Assembly: GCA_034434815.1 (NCBI GenBank)
Contig: DAOTYO010000036.1
Location: forward strand, 3,673-67,672
Source of the DNA: Dehalococcoidia bacterium
Lineage (GTDB): Bacteria; Chloroflexota; Dehalococcoidia; SZUA-161; SpSt-899
Direction of reading: 5' to 3'
DNA length: 64,000 nucleotides
Below the pieces are notes generated by a model, which saw only the letters and a list, made by a program, of their open reading frames with translations, did not search any database and was not told the origin of the DNA. The position numbers and the translations under genes were made by a program. This document shows positions 38,992-48,939 of this stretch, one piece after another (the first letter of the stretch is position 1; every line of letters begins with the position of its first letter).

Positions 38992-40209
38992 ATGTCCATC
39001 ATCGTTCAGAAATATGGCGGGAGTTCGGTTGCCGATGCCGACAAGATTCGGAACGTTGCCCGCAGGGCAATCCGTAGTAAAGAAGCGGGGAATGATGTGG
39101 TGGTGGTGGTCTCGGCCATGGGAAAAACCACGGATCAGTTGATCGCCTTGGCCCATCAGATCACCGATCAACCGATCCCCCGGGAGCTCGATTCCCTTCT
39201 CTCCACCGGGGAGATCGTGACGTCCACCTTGCTCAGCATGGCCCTGCGTTCCATGGGTCATGAGGCGGTGAGTCTGACGGGGGCTCAGGCGGGTATTCGC
39301 ACGGATTCCACTTACACGAAGGCGCGTATCAAGGGAATCAATCCGAAGCGGATCCTCAAGGAGCTCGAGGAGGGGAAGATTGTGGTGGTGGCCGGGTTTC
39401 AGGGCCTCACCGATGACCTCGATGTGACGACGCTGGGCCGTGGTGGCTCCGATACCACGGCCGTGGCCCTTGCCATCGCGCTGAAGGCCAAGCAATGCGA
39501 TATCTACACCGATGTGGACGGCGTCTACACTGCCGATCCCCGGATTGTCCCCAATGCGCGCAAGCTCGATGAGATTGGCTACGAGGAGATGTTGGAGATG
39601 GCATCGGTGGGTTCCAAAGTGATGCACAACCGGGCGGTGGAGCTCGGGTGGGTCTATCACATGCCGATTCTGGTGGCATCCTCATTCAATGATAATCCCG
39701 GCACTCTCATTCATGGAGGCGCTTCGATGGAGATCCGAAACAAGGTCACGGGCATAGCCCATGATTTGAACGTTGCCAAGGTCAGCATTCTGGGCATTCC
39801 CGATAAACCCGGCATCGCGAGTGCCATTTTTGAGGCCCTTGCGGACGCCGGCATCAGTGTGGATACCATCGTGCAGAATGCCAGCACTGATCGGATTGCC
39901 GATCTGACCTTCACAGTGGCCCGCGGTGAGGTGAAAAAGGCCATGGAAGTCCTCAAGCCGGTGATCAAGTCCATCGGCGCGAGGGATTGTGTGAGCGATG
40001 CGACGCTGGGAAAGGTGAGCATCGTGGGCGCGGGCATGCAGACGGGGCCGGGTTATGCGGCGCGCATGTTCAAGGCGCTTTCCGAGAGGGGCATCAATAT
40101 CGAGATGATCACCACCTCTGAGATCCGGATTACTTGCATTATCGAAGGGTCCAGGGTTCCTGAGGCGGTCAAGGCCCTGCACGATGCGTTCGAACTGGAG
40201 GCGGGCTAG
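38992..40209 (+). CDS. lysC: aspartate kinase (with C-terminal ACT domains)
   Basis: …IVQKYGGSSV…, …VVVSAMGKTTD…, two ACT repeats (…VSILGIPDKPG…, …VSIVGAGM…). Confidence 0.9.
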   Translation: MSIIVQKYGGSSVADADKIRNVARRAIRSKEAGNDVVVVVSAMGKTTDQLIALAHQITDQPIPRELDSLLSTGEIVTSTLLSMALRSMGHEAVSLTGAQAGIRTDSTYTKARIKGINPKRILKELEEGKIVVVAGFQGLTDDLDVTTLGRGGSDTTAVALAIALKAKQCDIYTDVDGVYTADPRIVPNARKLDEIGYEEMLEMASVGSKVMHNRAVELGWVYHMPILVASSFNDNPGTLIHGGASMEIRNKVTGIAHDLNVAKVSILGIPDKPGIASAIFEALADAGISVDTIVQNASTDRIADLTFTVARGEVKKAMEVLKPVIKSIGARDCVSDATLGKVSIVGAGMQTGPGYAARMFKALSERGINIEMITTSEIRITCIIEGSRVPEAVKALHDAFELEAG

Positions 40210-40961
40210 GCCCACGGTTTCGTATACCAGTCCCAGAGAATGTGCCCCCACAGGAGGGCGGTCATCGCTCCTACGGCCAAGAATGGCCCGAAGGGGATGA
40301 CCTGTTTTCTCCCCTTTTTGCCGGTCACGAGCAAGGCGATAGCAACTAGTCCTCCTATGACAATCCCGATGAAGAGCCCTACGAAGATGATCGGGAACCC
40401 GAGCGCTAGCCCCATCAGGGCGGCCATCTTCACATCCCCCCACCCCATTCCTCCTCTTGAGAGCACGACCACGGTGAAGAGGAGGGCGAATCCCACTGCC
40501 CCCCCGATGAGGGCTTCGGGGAAGGAGAGATCATCCCACAGCGGCACGGTGGCCAGTGCGAAGACGGCCCCCGGATAGGTGAGCTTGTTGAGGATGAGTT
40601 GATGATCGAGGTCGATCACGAAGATGACGAGGAAGAGACACGCATAAGCGGCCAGCAATCCGAACTGGGCTGTGAGTCCATAGTAGGCATAGAGCCCGGC
40701 GAAAGCTCCGCCCGTCGCGAGTTCAACGAGGAAAACGCGGCGGGGAATGGGAGCGGCACAGTACCGGCACCGACCTTTTAGCCAGAGATAGCTGAAGACG
40801 GGGATAAGGTCCCGGGCCCGAAGCCGGGTGTTGCAGACGGGACAATGAGAGGGCGGCCGGACGAGCGATTGGCCCGCCGGCAACCGGTCGATGACCACGT
40901 TCAAGAAACTCCCGATCTCGATGCCGAGGATGAAGAAGAAGATGATTCGTACAGCTTCCAA
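40206..40961 (-). CDS. pilD: prepilin (type IV leader) peptidase, A24 family
   Basis: N-terminal CPVC…CRYC Zn-binding cluster, …GMGWGDVKMAALMGL… active-site region, multiple TM segments. Confidence 0.85.
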   Translation of the reverse strand: MEAVRIIFFFILGIEIGSFLNVVIDRLPAGQSLVRPPSHCPVCNTRLRARDLIPVFSYLWLKGRCRYCAAPIPRRVFLVELATGGAFAGLYAYYGLTAQFGLLAAYACLFLVIFVIDLDHQLILNKLTYPGAVFALATVPLWDDLSFPEALIGGAVGFALLFTVVVLSRGGMGWGDVKMAALMGLALGFPIIFVGLFIGIVIGGLVAIALLVTGKKGRKQVIPFGPFLAVGAMTALLWGHILWDWYTKPWA

Positions 40962-41062
40962 GATTTGCCCCCGCTTGCGACATTATAGCGGTAGAGAGAT
41001 GTGGGCACACAAGAGGGCATGCCCCCAAAAGCAGCCGCGGGTTTAGCTGCAGTCTCAAGCGC

Positions 41063-41842
41063 TCAGAGCGCGGCCCTGAGCGTCCGGACGAACGTTTTCA
41101 TCTTACCGAGTGTGGGGTCCTCCTCGATGAGCTTGATGATCCGGCTGCCCACGATGACCCCGTCGGCCACTTGCGCCACCCGTCTGGCTTGCTCTGCGGT
41201 GGCGATCCCGAACCCCACGCAAAGGGGCTTATCCGTTCTATTCCTTACCCGATTCACGAACTCCTCGAGCTCCGGCGGGAGCTCCGCCCCCGATCCCGTC
41301 ACCCCGGTGAGCGAGACGAGATAGATGAATCCGCGGGAGCGCTCGGCCACGATCCGGATGCGCTCGTCATCGCTCGTGGGGGCCAAAAGATAGATGAGAT
41401 CCATACCTTCCCTTTGCGAGAAACCCTCGAGTTCTGCGCCTTCCTCTGGGGGGAGATCGGGGATGATGAGCCCATCCACGCCTGCGGCGGCACCGGCGCG
41501 GCAGAATGCCTCCGGCCCGTAGTGGAGGATGGGATTGTAATATCCCATGAAGATGAGGGGAACATCGAGCTCTGCCCGCAGCGCCCGGGCTATCTCGATG
41601 CACTTGGGGAGGGTGATGCCCTTCCGGAGGGCTTCGAAGCTCGATTTCTGAATGATCGGGCCATCCGCAAGGGGATCGGAGAAGGGAATGCCGAGCTCGA
41701 TGATATCGCATCCGCTCTCTACGAGCGCCGGCACGATCCTGAGGGTTGCCTCGGGGCTGGGGTAACCGATGGTCACATATCCGATGAGCGCCCTCCGGCG
41801 GAACCGGTCTTCGAAAAATCTGTCAATTCTGTTGGTGTTCAT
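41063..41842 (-). CDS. trpA: tryptophan synthase alpha subunit
   Basis: …[15 protein letters not shown]…, …[13 protein letters not shown]…. Confidence 0.9.
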   Translation of the reverse strand: MNTNRIDRFFEDRFRRRALIGYVTIGYPSPEATLRIVPALVESGCDIIELGIPFSDPLADGPIIQKSSFEALRKGITLPKCIEIARALRAELDVPLIFMGYYNPILHYGPEAFCRAGAAAGVDGLIIPDLPPEEGAELEGFSQREGMDLIYLLAPTSDDERIRIVAERSRGFIYLVSLTGVTGSGAELPPELEEFVNRVRNRTDKPLCVGFGIATAEQARRVAQVADGVIVGSRIIKLIEEDPTLGKMKTFVRTLRAAL

Positions 41843-43041
41843 AGCTGTATCCCCATGGCATCGGCGACGATATTGAGGTCTTTGTCCCCCCGGCCGGAGA
41901 GGTTCACCACGATGGTGCGGTCTTTCGGGAGCTTTGCGGCCATTTGCGCGGCGTAATATACGGCATGGGAGGATTCGAGCGCCGGGATGATCCCTTCCGT
42001 TTCGGAAAGGAGCTTGAAGCCTTCGAGAGCCTGAGCATCGGTGACCGAGACGTATTCCGCCCGGCCCGAATCCTTGAGAAAGCTGTGTTCCGGACCCACG
42101 CCGGGGTAATCGAGCCCGGCCGAGATGCTATGGGTCGGACTCACCTGACCGTGCTCATCTTGGAGAAGATACGATTTGGCCCCGTGGAGAACGCCGGGGC
42201 TTCCCACGGAAAGGGTGGCGCAATGCTCTCCCGTTTCGATCCCTCTCCCCGCCGCCTCTACCCCGATGAGCCGGACGGCTCTATCTTTCAGAAAGGCCGA
42301 GAAGATGCCCATGGCGTTGCTCCCGCCGCCCACACACGCCACCACGAAGTCCGGAAGCCGCTTATAGGAGCGAAGCATTTGCCGGCGGGTTTCCCGGCCG
42401 ATGATGGACTGAAAATCCCGCACGATCATGGGATATGGGTGTGGGCCGACCACCGATCCGATCAGATAATAGGTGGTCCGCACGTTCGTCACCCAATCGC
42501 GGATGGCTTCGTTGATGGCGTCTTTCAGGGTTCGGCTCCCCGTCAGAACGGGCCGTACCTCCGCGCCCAAGAGCTTCATCCGAAAGACGTTCATGGATTG
42601 CCGGTGAACGTCCTCTTCCCCCATGTACACGATGCACTCGAGTCCGAGGAGCGCGCAGGCGGTGGCGGTGGCCACGCCGTGTTGCCCGGCGCCGGTCTCG
42701 GCGATGATGCGCCGTTTGCCCATCCGTTGCGCAAGGAGCGCCTGACCCAAAGCGTTATTGATCTTGTGGGCGCCGGTATGGGCCAGATCCTCCCTTTTGA
42801 GAAGGATCTGTGCCCCGCTGAGCTTGGCGGTCAGCCGTTCGGCGGGGTACAGAGGTGTGGGCCGACCTACGTAATCCCGGCAAAGCCTCGCGAAGTTAGA
42901 CCAGAAGGCTCGGTCTTTCCGGGCCCGGGCGTAGGCGTGTTCAAGCTCGGCGAGCGCGGGCATGAGGGTTTCGGGAACGAACTTCCCCCCCCACGGCCCG
43001 AAGTGCCCCCGAGCGTCCGGTAGCTTGAGTTTGGGTGTCAT
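41839..43041 (-). CDS. trpB: tryptophan synthase beta subunit
   Basis: …[16 protein letters not shown]…, …[11 protein letters not shown]…, …GGGSNAMG…; overlaps the trpA start. Confidence 0.95.
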   Translation of the reverse strand: MTPKLKLPDARGHFGPWGGKFVPETLMPALAELEHAYARARKDRAFWSNFARLCRDYVGRPTPLYPAERLTAKLSGAQILLKREDLAHTGAHKINNALGQALLAQRMGKRRIIAETGAGQHGVATATACALLGLECIVYMGEEDVHRQSMNVFRMKLLGAEVRPVLTGSRTLKDAINEAIRDWVTNVRTTYYLIGSVVGPHPYPMIVRDFQSIIGRETRRQMLRSYKRLPDFVVACVGGGSNAMGIFSAFLKDRAVRLIGVEAAGRGIETGEHCATLSVGSPGVLHGAKSYLLQDEHGQVSPTHSISAGLDYPGVGPEHSFLKDSGRAEYVSVTDAQALEGFKLLSETEGIIPALESSHAVYYAAQMAAKLPKDRTIVVNLSGRGDKDLNIVADAMGIQL

Positions 43042-43053
43042 GTCATGTTCCTT

Positions 43054-43686
43054 TCATAGCGGCGGAGCGTTTCGGTGCTCCGAGTGCTTTGCCCTAATTG
43101 CCTCGATGAATTCCCTCATCTTCCGGTGGTCTTTCTTGCCGGGGCTTTCTTCGATCCCGCTGGAGATGTCCACCGCGTACGGTTGCGCGATTTCGATGGC
43201 TTTGGATACGTTCTCCGGGGCAAGTCCCCCGGCCAAAATGACCTTTCCGTAAGCGCTCACCTCCCGCGCGATGGGCCAAATATCCTCCGGCGAAGATTTG
43301 TTTGGGCCCTTTTCCCGATCGATCAAGAATGCGGCTACGCGGTAGCGCCTCAGTTCCTCAAGAGGCGGGATGGTGTTCGGGGTGAAGGCCTTGATGACCT
43401 TCGGGAAGAGGGCCGCGCAATCCTCCGGGCGCTCGCCGCCGTGAAGCTGAGCGAGATCGACTCCGCTGATATCCATCACCCGCCGGATTTCATCGATGGG
43501 TCGGTTCACGAACACGCCGACTTTGGTGATGAACGGGGGGAGCTCGGCGATGATCGCCCGGGCGGCCTCGGGGGTCACCCGCCGGGGGCTTTCGGCGAAG
43601 ATGAACCCCAGCGCATCGGCGCCGAACGCCGCCGCGGCTAGGGCGTCCTTTAGATTGGTGATTCCGCAAATCTTGATCTTAACCAT
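43054..43686 (-). CDS. trpF: phosphoribosylanthranilate isomerase
   Basis: …KICGITN…, …ADALGFIF…, …KVGVFVN…; 210 aa TIM barrel. Confidence 0.85.
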   Translation of the reverse strand: MVKIKICGITNLKDALAAAAFGADALGFIFAESPRRVTPEAARAIIAELPPFITKVGVFVNRPIDEIRRVMDISGVDLAQLHGGERPEDCAALFPKVIKAFTPNTIPPLEELRRYRVAAFLIDREKGPNKSSPEDIWPIAREVSAYGKVILAGGLAPENVSKAIEIAQPYAVDISSGIEESPGKKDHRKMREFIEAIRAKHSEHRNAPPL

Positions 43687-44452
43687 GGAGAAGCTCCCCG
43701 ATCTTTCCCGCCGGGTCCGGGCTTGTCACCAAAGCTTCCCCGACGAGGATCGCGTTCACGCCGGCATCCCGGAGCCTTCGCACATCGGCCGGCGAGTGGA
43801 TGCCGCTCTCGCTGACCACAACCTTGCCTTGGGGAATGAGGGGCCGGAGTTCGAGCGTGGTTTCCAAGCTTACGTTGAAGGTTTTAAGGTCCCGATTGTT
43901 GATCCCGATCACCTTCGCATCGAGTTCGAGCACCCGTTCAAGCTCCGCTCGGTCGTGCACCTCGACGAGCGCGGTCATGGCCAGTTGATGGGTCGCCTTG
44001 AGAAGTCGGGCGAGATCGCCCATCGGCAATGCCGCCGCGATGAGCAAGACCGCATCGGCGCCAGCGGCTCTGGCTTCCCATAGCTGATAGGTATCGATGA
44101 TGAAGTCCTTCCGAAGGATCGGCAAATTCACCGTTTCCCGAACCGCCTCGAGATCGGCCGGACTCCCCTTGAAGAATTCCGGCTCGGTGAGCACTGAGAT
44201 GGCCGAGGCCCCGGCCCTCTCGTAGGTTCGGGCCAGAGAGGGCGCATCGAGGTTGGCGGTAAGAAGACCTTTCGAAGGCGATGCCCGTTTGATCTCCGCG
44301 ATGAGTTTGATCCCCTTTCCCTTCAATGCCGCCGCGAAATCCTTGGGCGGGCGTTGCTTTGCCGCCTTGCAATCGAGTTCGCCGATGGGCCGCTCGATCT
44401 TGCGTCTCTCCACGAGCTTCTTTGTGGAAGCGATGATGGTATCGAGGATCAT
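43679..44452 (-). CDS. trpC: indole-3-glycerol-phosphate synthase
   Basis: …IAEIKRASPSKG…, …VLTEPEFFKGS…, …IGINNRDLKTF…. Confidence 0.9.
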   Translation of the reverse strand: MILDTIIASTKKLVERRKIERPIGELDCKAAKQRPPKDFAAALKGKGIKLIAEIKRASPSKGLLTANLDAPSLARTYERAGASAISVLTEPEFFKGSPADLEAVRETVNLPILRKDFIIDTYQLWEARAAGADAVLLIAAALPMGDLARLLKATHQLAMTALVEVHDRAELERVLELDAKVIGINNRDLKTFNVSLETTLELRPLIPQGKVVVSESGIHSPADVRRLRDAGVNAILVGEALVTSPDPAGKIGELLHG

Positions 44453-44455
44453 CCG

Positions 44456-45028
44456 CTATGCCTCTTGCTTGGCCGGTTTTCGCTGAAGAAACGTCCGATA
44501 CCCCACATAAATCAAGACCGCGAGGCTCAGGGTCACCCCGATGAATCGGATCTCATCCGGCAAGTCCTCTTGAGCGATGGCGTAGATCATGATCGCGATC
44601 CCGCCGAGGGTGAGACCCGGTCTGAGCACATCGAGCCTCAACTTGAGTTCGGTCCCGAGTATCACGAAGAGAAGGCCGATCGGATAGGCAATCGCGAACA
44701 CGTTCCGATAATGATCGCGCAAGTCCGCTTCGTGGGCTTTCCATTTCGCGTTCCACTCCGCCTCCCAAGCCTTTTGTTCGGGCGATCCGTAGTAATCGGG
44801 CGATTTGTATGCGTCCGCTGGTTCATCGTACACGGGGGATTGCGGGGCCTCATAGAAGGCGGCGATCCCCGCGGCCATGGTTCCCACCAGAAATCCCGCA
44901 ATCGCCATCACGTAGATGATCTTCAGAATGCCCATCGTTCCGTTGCCTCCTCGATACTCGCTGATCCCATACGCAATCAGGGCGATCCACGCCAGTGTAA
45001 TGCCAACCCCTATGAACGCCCCCCACAT
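44456..45028 (-). CDS. integral membrane protein embedded in the trp operon (4 predicted TM helices)
   Basis: 190 aa with hydrophobic segments at N-terminus, ~35-60, ~110-135 and ~150-175, Trp/Tyr-rich loop. No recognisable catalytic motifs. Confidence 0.5.
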   Translation of the reverse strand: MWGAFIGVGITLAWIALIAYGISEYRGGNGTMGILKIIYVMAIAGFLVGTMAAGIAAFYEAPQSPVYDEPADAYKSPDYYGSPEQKAWEAEWNAKWKAHEADLRDHYRNVFAIAYPIGLLFVILGTELKLRLDVLRPGLTLGGIAIMIYAIAQEDLPDEIRFIGVTLSLAVLIYVGYRTFLQRKPAKQEA

Positions 45029-45044
45029 TTTGACAACTCCTCGA

Positions 45045-46082
45045 TCACCCGGCTTCTCTACTGAAGCTCTGACTCATCCGGATGAGCGCATCGACCTTCT
45101 CGAGCGCCTTGCCGCCGTCGATGGCCTCCGCCGCAAGCGCGATCCCTTCGGAAAAGTCCCGGGCCTTTTCGCCCGCCACGAGCACCGCCGCGGCGTTGAG
45201 GAGCACGGTATCGCGCTTGGGACCCTTCTCGCCGCCGAGTATGGCGCGGGTGATGGCGGCGTTCTCTTCGAGCGTACCGCCCGCAAGATCGGAAAGCGCC
45301 GTGCGGGGAAGGCCGAGCTTTCGAGGATCGAGATCGAACACCTTGATCTCGCCGTCCTTGATCTCGGCCACTTCGTTCGTCCCGATTGTCGAAAGCTCGT
45401 CGAGTCCGCCGGCGCCGTGGACTACGAAGGCGTGTTCCGTGCCCATGCTCCGGAGGACCTCGGCGATAGTGGGGACGAGATGGGCACTGTAGACCCCCAC
45501 GAGTTGCCGTTTGGCCCATGCGGGACTCGTGAGGGGACCGAGCACGTTGAAAATGGTCCGGAGGCCGATCTCTTGGCGAACGGGGGTTGCGTGTTTCATC
45601 GCCGGATGGAAGGCCGGGGCGAAGAGGAAGCCGATGCCGATCTCGTCAATGCACCGGGCCACTTGCTCGGGGGTGAGATCGATCTTGACGCCGAGCGCGC
45701 CCATGAGGTCGGCGCTCCCGCACTTGCTTGAAACCGAACGATTGCCGTGTTTGGCCACGGCGAGTCCCGCGCCGGCGGCCACGAAGGCCACGGTGGTGGA
45801 GATATTGAAAGTGCCTGCGGCATCGCCGCCGGTGCCGCAGGTATCCACCACGTCGGTCCGTTTGGGCTGAACGCGTCTAGCGTTGGCCCTCATCACACGC
45901 GCGCACCCGGCGATCTCGGCGGCGGTCTCGCCCTTCATCCGGAGCGCCGTCAGAAAAGCCCCGATCTGAGCGGGGGTTGCCTGACCGCTCATGATTTCAC
46001 TCATCACCCCTTCGGTCTCGGTGATGGTGAGGTTTTGCTTCTCGACGAGTTTGGCAATGGCCTCTTTGATCATTTTGTGCAC
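45045..46082 (-). CDS. trpD: anthranilate phosphoribosyltransferase
   Basis: …DTCGTGGD…, …VAKHGNRSVSSKCGSADL…. Confidence 0.9.
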   Translation of the reverse strand: MHKMIKEAIAKLVEKQNLTITETEGVMSEIMSGQATPAQIGAFLTALRMKGETAAEIAGCARVMRANARRVQPKRTDVVDTCGTGGDAAGTFNISTTVAFVAAGAGLAVAKHGNRSVSSKCGSADLMGALGVKIDLTPEQVARCIDEIGIGFLFAPAFHPAMKHATPVRQEIGLRTIFNVLGPLTSPAWAKRQLVGVYSAHLVPTIAEVLRSMGTEHAFVVHGAGGLDELSTIGTNEVAEIKDGEIKVFDLDPRKLGLPRTALSDLAGGTLEENAAITRAILGGEKGPKRDTVLLNAAAVLVAGEKARDFSEGIALAAEAIDGGKALEKVDALIRMSQSFSREAG

Positions 46083-46196
46083 CTTTCACAATTTTCGATA
46101 CTGAAACCTTGGTTTTTGAAGCTTGACCCGGAATCTATCCCCTCTTGAGAGGGGTGGCCGAAGGCCGGGGGCGCTTTCGAACCTCACCCCCTCTAT

Positions 46197-46221
46197 CCCC
46201 CTCTCCGGTTCGGAGAGGGGG
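46197..46221. repeat. REP-like palindrome CCCCCTCTCCG-GTTC-GGAGAGGGGG (copy 2 of 3)
   Basis: Near-identical to 26592-26616. Embedded in a hairpin-rich trpG-trpD spacer (also CCCCTCT-TGA-GAGGGG and CCGGGG-GGAA-CCCCGG). Confidence 0.5.
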
Positions 46222-46394
46222 AAGGAAAATCCGGGGGGAACCCCGGAATCCCCGCCAAAGGGCTTCGCCCTCTGGATCCTCGAATATGGCGGAATCGTTG
46301 CCATTTTGCCCTCGATGCGCGATGGCCTCACCGTCGTCCCTATTATCCATGCCTATGTCATTTCCCCGAAGTAGGGGCGATTCGTGAATCGCCC

Positions 46395-46979
46395 CTACCG
46401 GATTTGTGAATCGCCCCTACCGGCCTTCACGAAATTGGCCAATATCTTTTTCCCCTCGAAGGTCAGGATCGATTCCGGATGGAATTGCACCCCTTCGAGC
46501 GGGTACTCTCTGTGCCGGAGCCCCATGATCTCCCCCTCTTGGGTCCATGCGGAAATTTCGAGTTCCGGAGCGACGGGCTCATAGGCAAGGAGCGAATGAT
46601 ACCGTGTGGCCTCGAATGGATTCGAGAGTCCTTCGAAAATCCCCTTGCCGTCATGATACACCATCGAGGTCTTGCCGTGCATCAAGCGCTTGGCCCGATC
46701 CACCTTCATTCCGAAGGCATGGGCGAGGCACTGGTGTCCCAAACAGACCCCCAGAATCGGGATCCGCCGGTAGAACGCCTTGATGATTTCGATGGAGATT
46801 CCCCCATCCTCCGGTCTGCCCGGCCCGGGCGAGATCACGATCCGCGATGGCTTGAGATTTCTGATCTTGCCCGGGGTGATTTTATCGTTGCGAAAGACCG
46901 TGAGTTCTTCCCCAAGCTCGCCCAGCATTTGAACGAGATTATAGGTGAAGGAATCGTAATTGTCGATAACGAGAATCAT
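46395..46979 (-). CDS. trpG: anthranilate synthase component II (glutamine amidotransferase)
   Basis: Class-I GATase triad motifs …GVCLGHQ… and …HPES…. Confidence 0.85.
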   Translation of the reverse strand: MILVIDNYDSFTYNLVQMLGELGEELTVFRNDKITPGKIRNLKPSRIVISPGPGRPEDGGISIEIIKAFYRRIPILGVCLGHQCLAHAFGMKVDRAKRLMHGKTSMVYHDGKGIFEGLSNPFEATRYHSLLAYEPVAPELEISAWTQEGEIMGLRHREYPLEGVQFHPESILTFEGKKILANFVKAGRGDSQIR

Positions 46980-47072
46980 TCGGGTTACCCCCTTTGCTCT
47001 TCGTTTCGCGGAAACGTTCGGCCCGGCTTCACCTCGGAATAGTCCCCGGCGGCGAGAATCCGAAGCGCCCTT

Positions 47073-48563
47073 TCAGCCGGTTTCCGCAATCGCAATCGCC
47101 CGTTCGAGTGCCCTCATTTTGTTGATGGTCTCTTGATATTCGGTTGCCGGATCGGAATCCGCCACGATGCCGGCGCCGGCCTGAAGGTACACCATGTCCC
47201 CTTTCATGACGATCGTCCGAATGGTGATGCACGTATCCATGTTGCCGGAGAAGTCGAAGTAGCCCACCGCCCCGGCATAGGGACCCCGTTTGGTCTTTTC
47301 GAGTTCGGCGATGATCTCCATAGCGCGGATTTTGGGAGCCCCGGAGACCGTGCCGGCGGGGAAGGATGCCCGAAGGAGGGAGAAGGCATTTTCTCCCGGA
47401 TTGAGCTTTCCCTCCACCTCAGAAACGATGTGGCTCACGTGCGAATACTTCTCGATGACCATGAGTTCCGGGACCCGGACGGTTCCGTACCGGCACACCC
47501 GTCCCAGATCATTGCGGGCCAAGTCCACGAGCATTACATGCTCGGCGCGTTCCTTGGGATCGGCAAGGAGCTCGGCGATGAGTCTCCGGTCCTCTTCCTC
47601 GGTTGCGCCGCGGGGGCGCGTTCCGGCGATGGGACGGGAAACGGCCCGATCGCCCTGAGCCTTCACCAGAACCTCGGGGCTCGACCCGATGAGTTGGAAA
47701 TCCCCGAAGTTGAAATAGAACATATAGGGCGAAGGGTTGAGCATCCGCAGGGCCCGGTAAATGCTGAAGGGGTCGGCGCTTGTCCGGCGGCGGAACCGTT
47801 GCGAGAGGACGATTTGAATGGCATCGCCGGCCGCGATGTATTCCTTGGCCGCCCGGACGATCCCATCGAACTCGGCTTTGGTGAAGTTGGAAGCAAGCTC
47901 CTTACCGCCGGCCGCCGCCTCGGTGGCGATGAAGGTCTGGAGTTTCCGGGGCAAAGGTTTCGAAAGGCTTTCGATCACGCGTTCGATCTTGGCCGCCGCA
48001 TCGCCGTAGGCCCGATCGGCATCGCTATCCACATAAGCGTTGGCGATCACCTTCATCTTGTGTTGCACATGATCGAAGGCGATCATGGTATCGGTGAGGA
48101 GAAAGATCGCATCCGGAAGGCCCAATTCATCGTGATCGGGCTCGGGCAACTCTTCGAAGAAATTGACCACATCGTAGGAAAGGTATCCCACGGCTCCGCC
48201 CGAAAAGGGCGGGAGGCCGGGGAGCGGGATTGCCCGCCTCCTTGCCAGTGTTTCTTGAATGAGATGGAGCGGATCGCGGCGGTGGGAGAGGGCGATTCGT
48301 CGTTTGGTGGTTCGATTGCGAATGGTGGCTTGCCGTCCCCCGCACTCGATGATTTCCGAGTGCCCGAGTCCGATGAACGAATACCGGCCGAGGTTTTCGC
48401 CCCGCTCCACGCTTTCGAGGAGGAAGACCGGCGGCTTCTGGCCGAGTTTGAGGAATACGGAGACGGGCGTATCGAGATCGGCGGCAAGTTCCCCTGATAC
48501 CGGGATGAGGGTGCCTCCCTCTGCGATCCGCCGGAATGTTTGTGGATCGGGAAAGTATTTCAT
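47073..48563 (-). CDS. trpE: anthranilate synthase component I
   Basis: Chorismate-binding domain …GAVGYFDFSGNMDTCITIRT…; 496 aa. Confidence 0.9.
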   Translation of the reverse strand: MKYFPDPQTFRRIAEGGTLIPVSGELAADLDTPVSVFLKLGQKPPVFLLESVERGENLGRYSFIGLGHSEIIECGGRQATIRNRTTKRRIALSHRRDPLHLIQETLARRRAIPLPGLPPFSGGAVGYLSYDVVNFFEELPEPDHDELGLPDAIFLLTDTMIAFDHVQHKMKVIANAYVDSDADRAYGDAAAKIERVIESLSKPLPRKLQTFIATEAAAGGKELASNFTKAEFDGIVRAAKEYIAAGDAIQIVLSQRFRRRTSADPFSIYRALRMLNPSPYMFYFNFGDFQLIGSSPEVLVKAQGDRAVSRPIAGTRPRGATEEEDRRLIAELLADPKERAEHVMLVDLARNDLGRVCRYGTVRVPELMVIEKYSHVSHIVSEVEGKLNPGENAFSLLRASFPAGTVSGAPKIRAMEIIAELEKTKRGPYAGAVGYFDFSGNMDTCITIRTIVMKGDMVYLQAGAGIVADSDPATEYQETINKMRALERAIAIAETG

Positions 48564-48599
48564 CTCTCACCTCTTCTGAGTCGGATCCCGAATGGATAC

Positions 48600-48906
48600 G
48601 AGCAAATTAAAAAGCCTCCGCCCCAAAGGGGCGGAGGCTTCTCCGCGGTGCCACCCTTCTTGACCGAACGCGCTTACAGCGTTGGCCATCTCGTGAGGGT
48701 ACGACCGTTTTCGGTGATACCCTGGGCTTTGATCACGGTGCCCTTCCGGCAAGGCCTACTTGCCCGCTTGCGCGGGGTTCGGTTTGCGGCTCCCAGGCCC
48801 ATTCCCCTTCGGCATCGGCATCGGGCTCTCACCTTACCCCGACTCTCTGTGGCCTAGCGGTGAAAGGTACTCTTCCTGTTCACAGCCTTTGGTCGTTATT
48901 CGATTG
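48600..48906 (-). ncRNA. T-box leader (tRNA-sensing riboswitch) with terminator, upstream of trpE
   Basis: The minus strand reads …AGAAGGGTGGCACCGCGG (T-box consensus AAUUAGGGUGGNACCGCG) followed by GGAGAAGCCTCCGCCCC-TTT-GGGGCGGAGGC + TTTTTAATTT terminator. A promoter TTGACA-18-TATATT sits on the minus strand at 48943-48914. Confidence 0.7.
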
Positions 48907-48939
48907 TGATGCCAATATACCAAGGCGAGCGGGGATTTG

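Noticed and set aside
41171-43023. + strand ORFs 41171..41956 and 41944..43023 antisense to trpA/trpB
   Set aside because: TrpA/TrpB motifs are on the minus strand. The + ORFs lack domains and are compositionally biased.
47133-48497. 454-aa + strand ORF antisense to trpE
   Set aside because: TrpE chorismate-binding motifs are on the minus strand. This is an antisense artefact.
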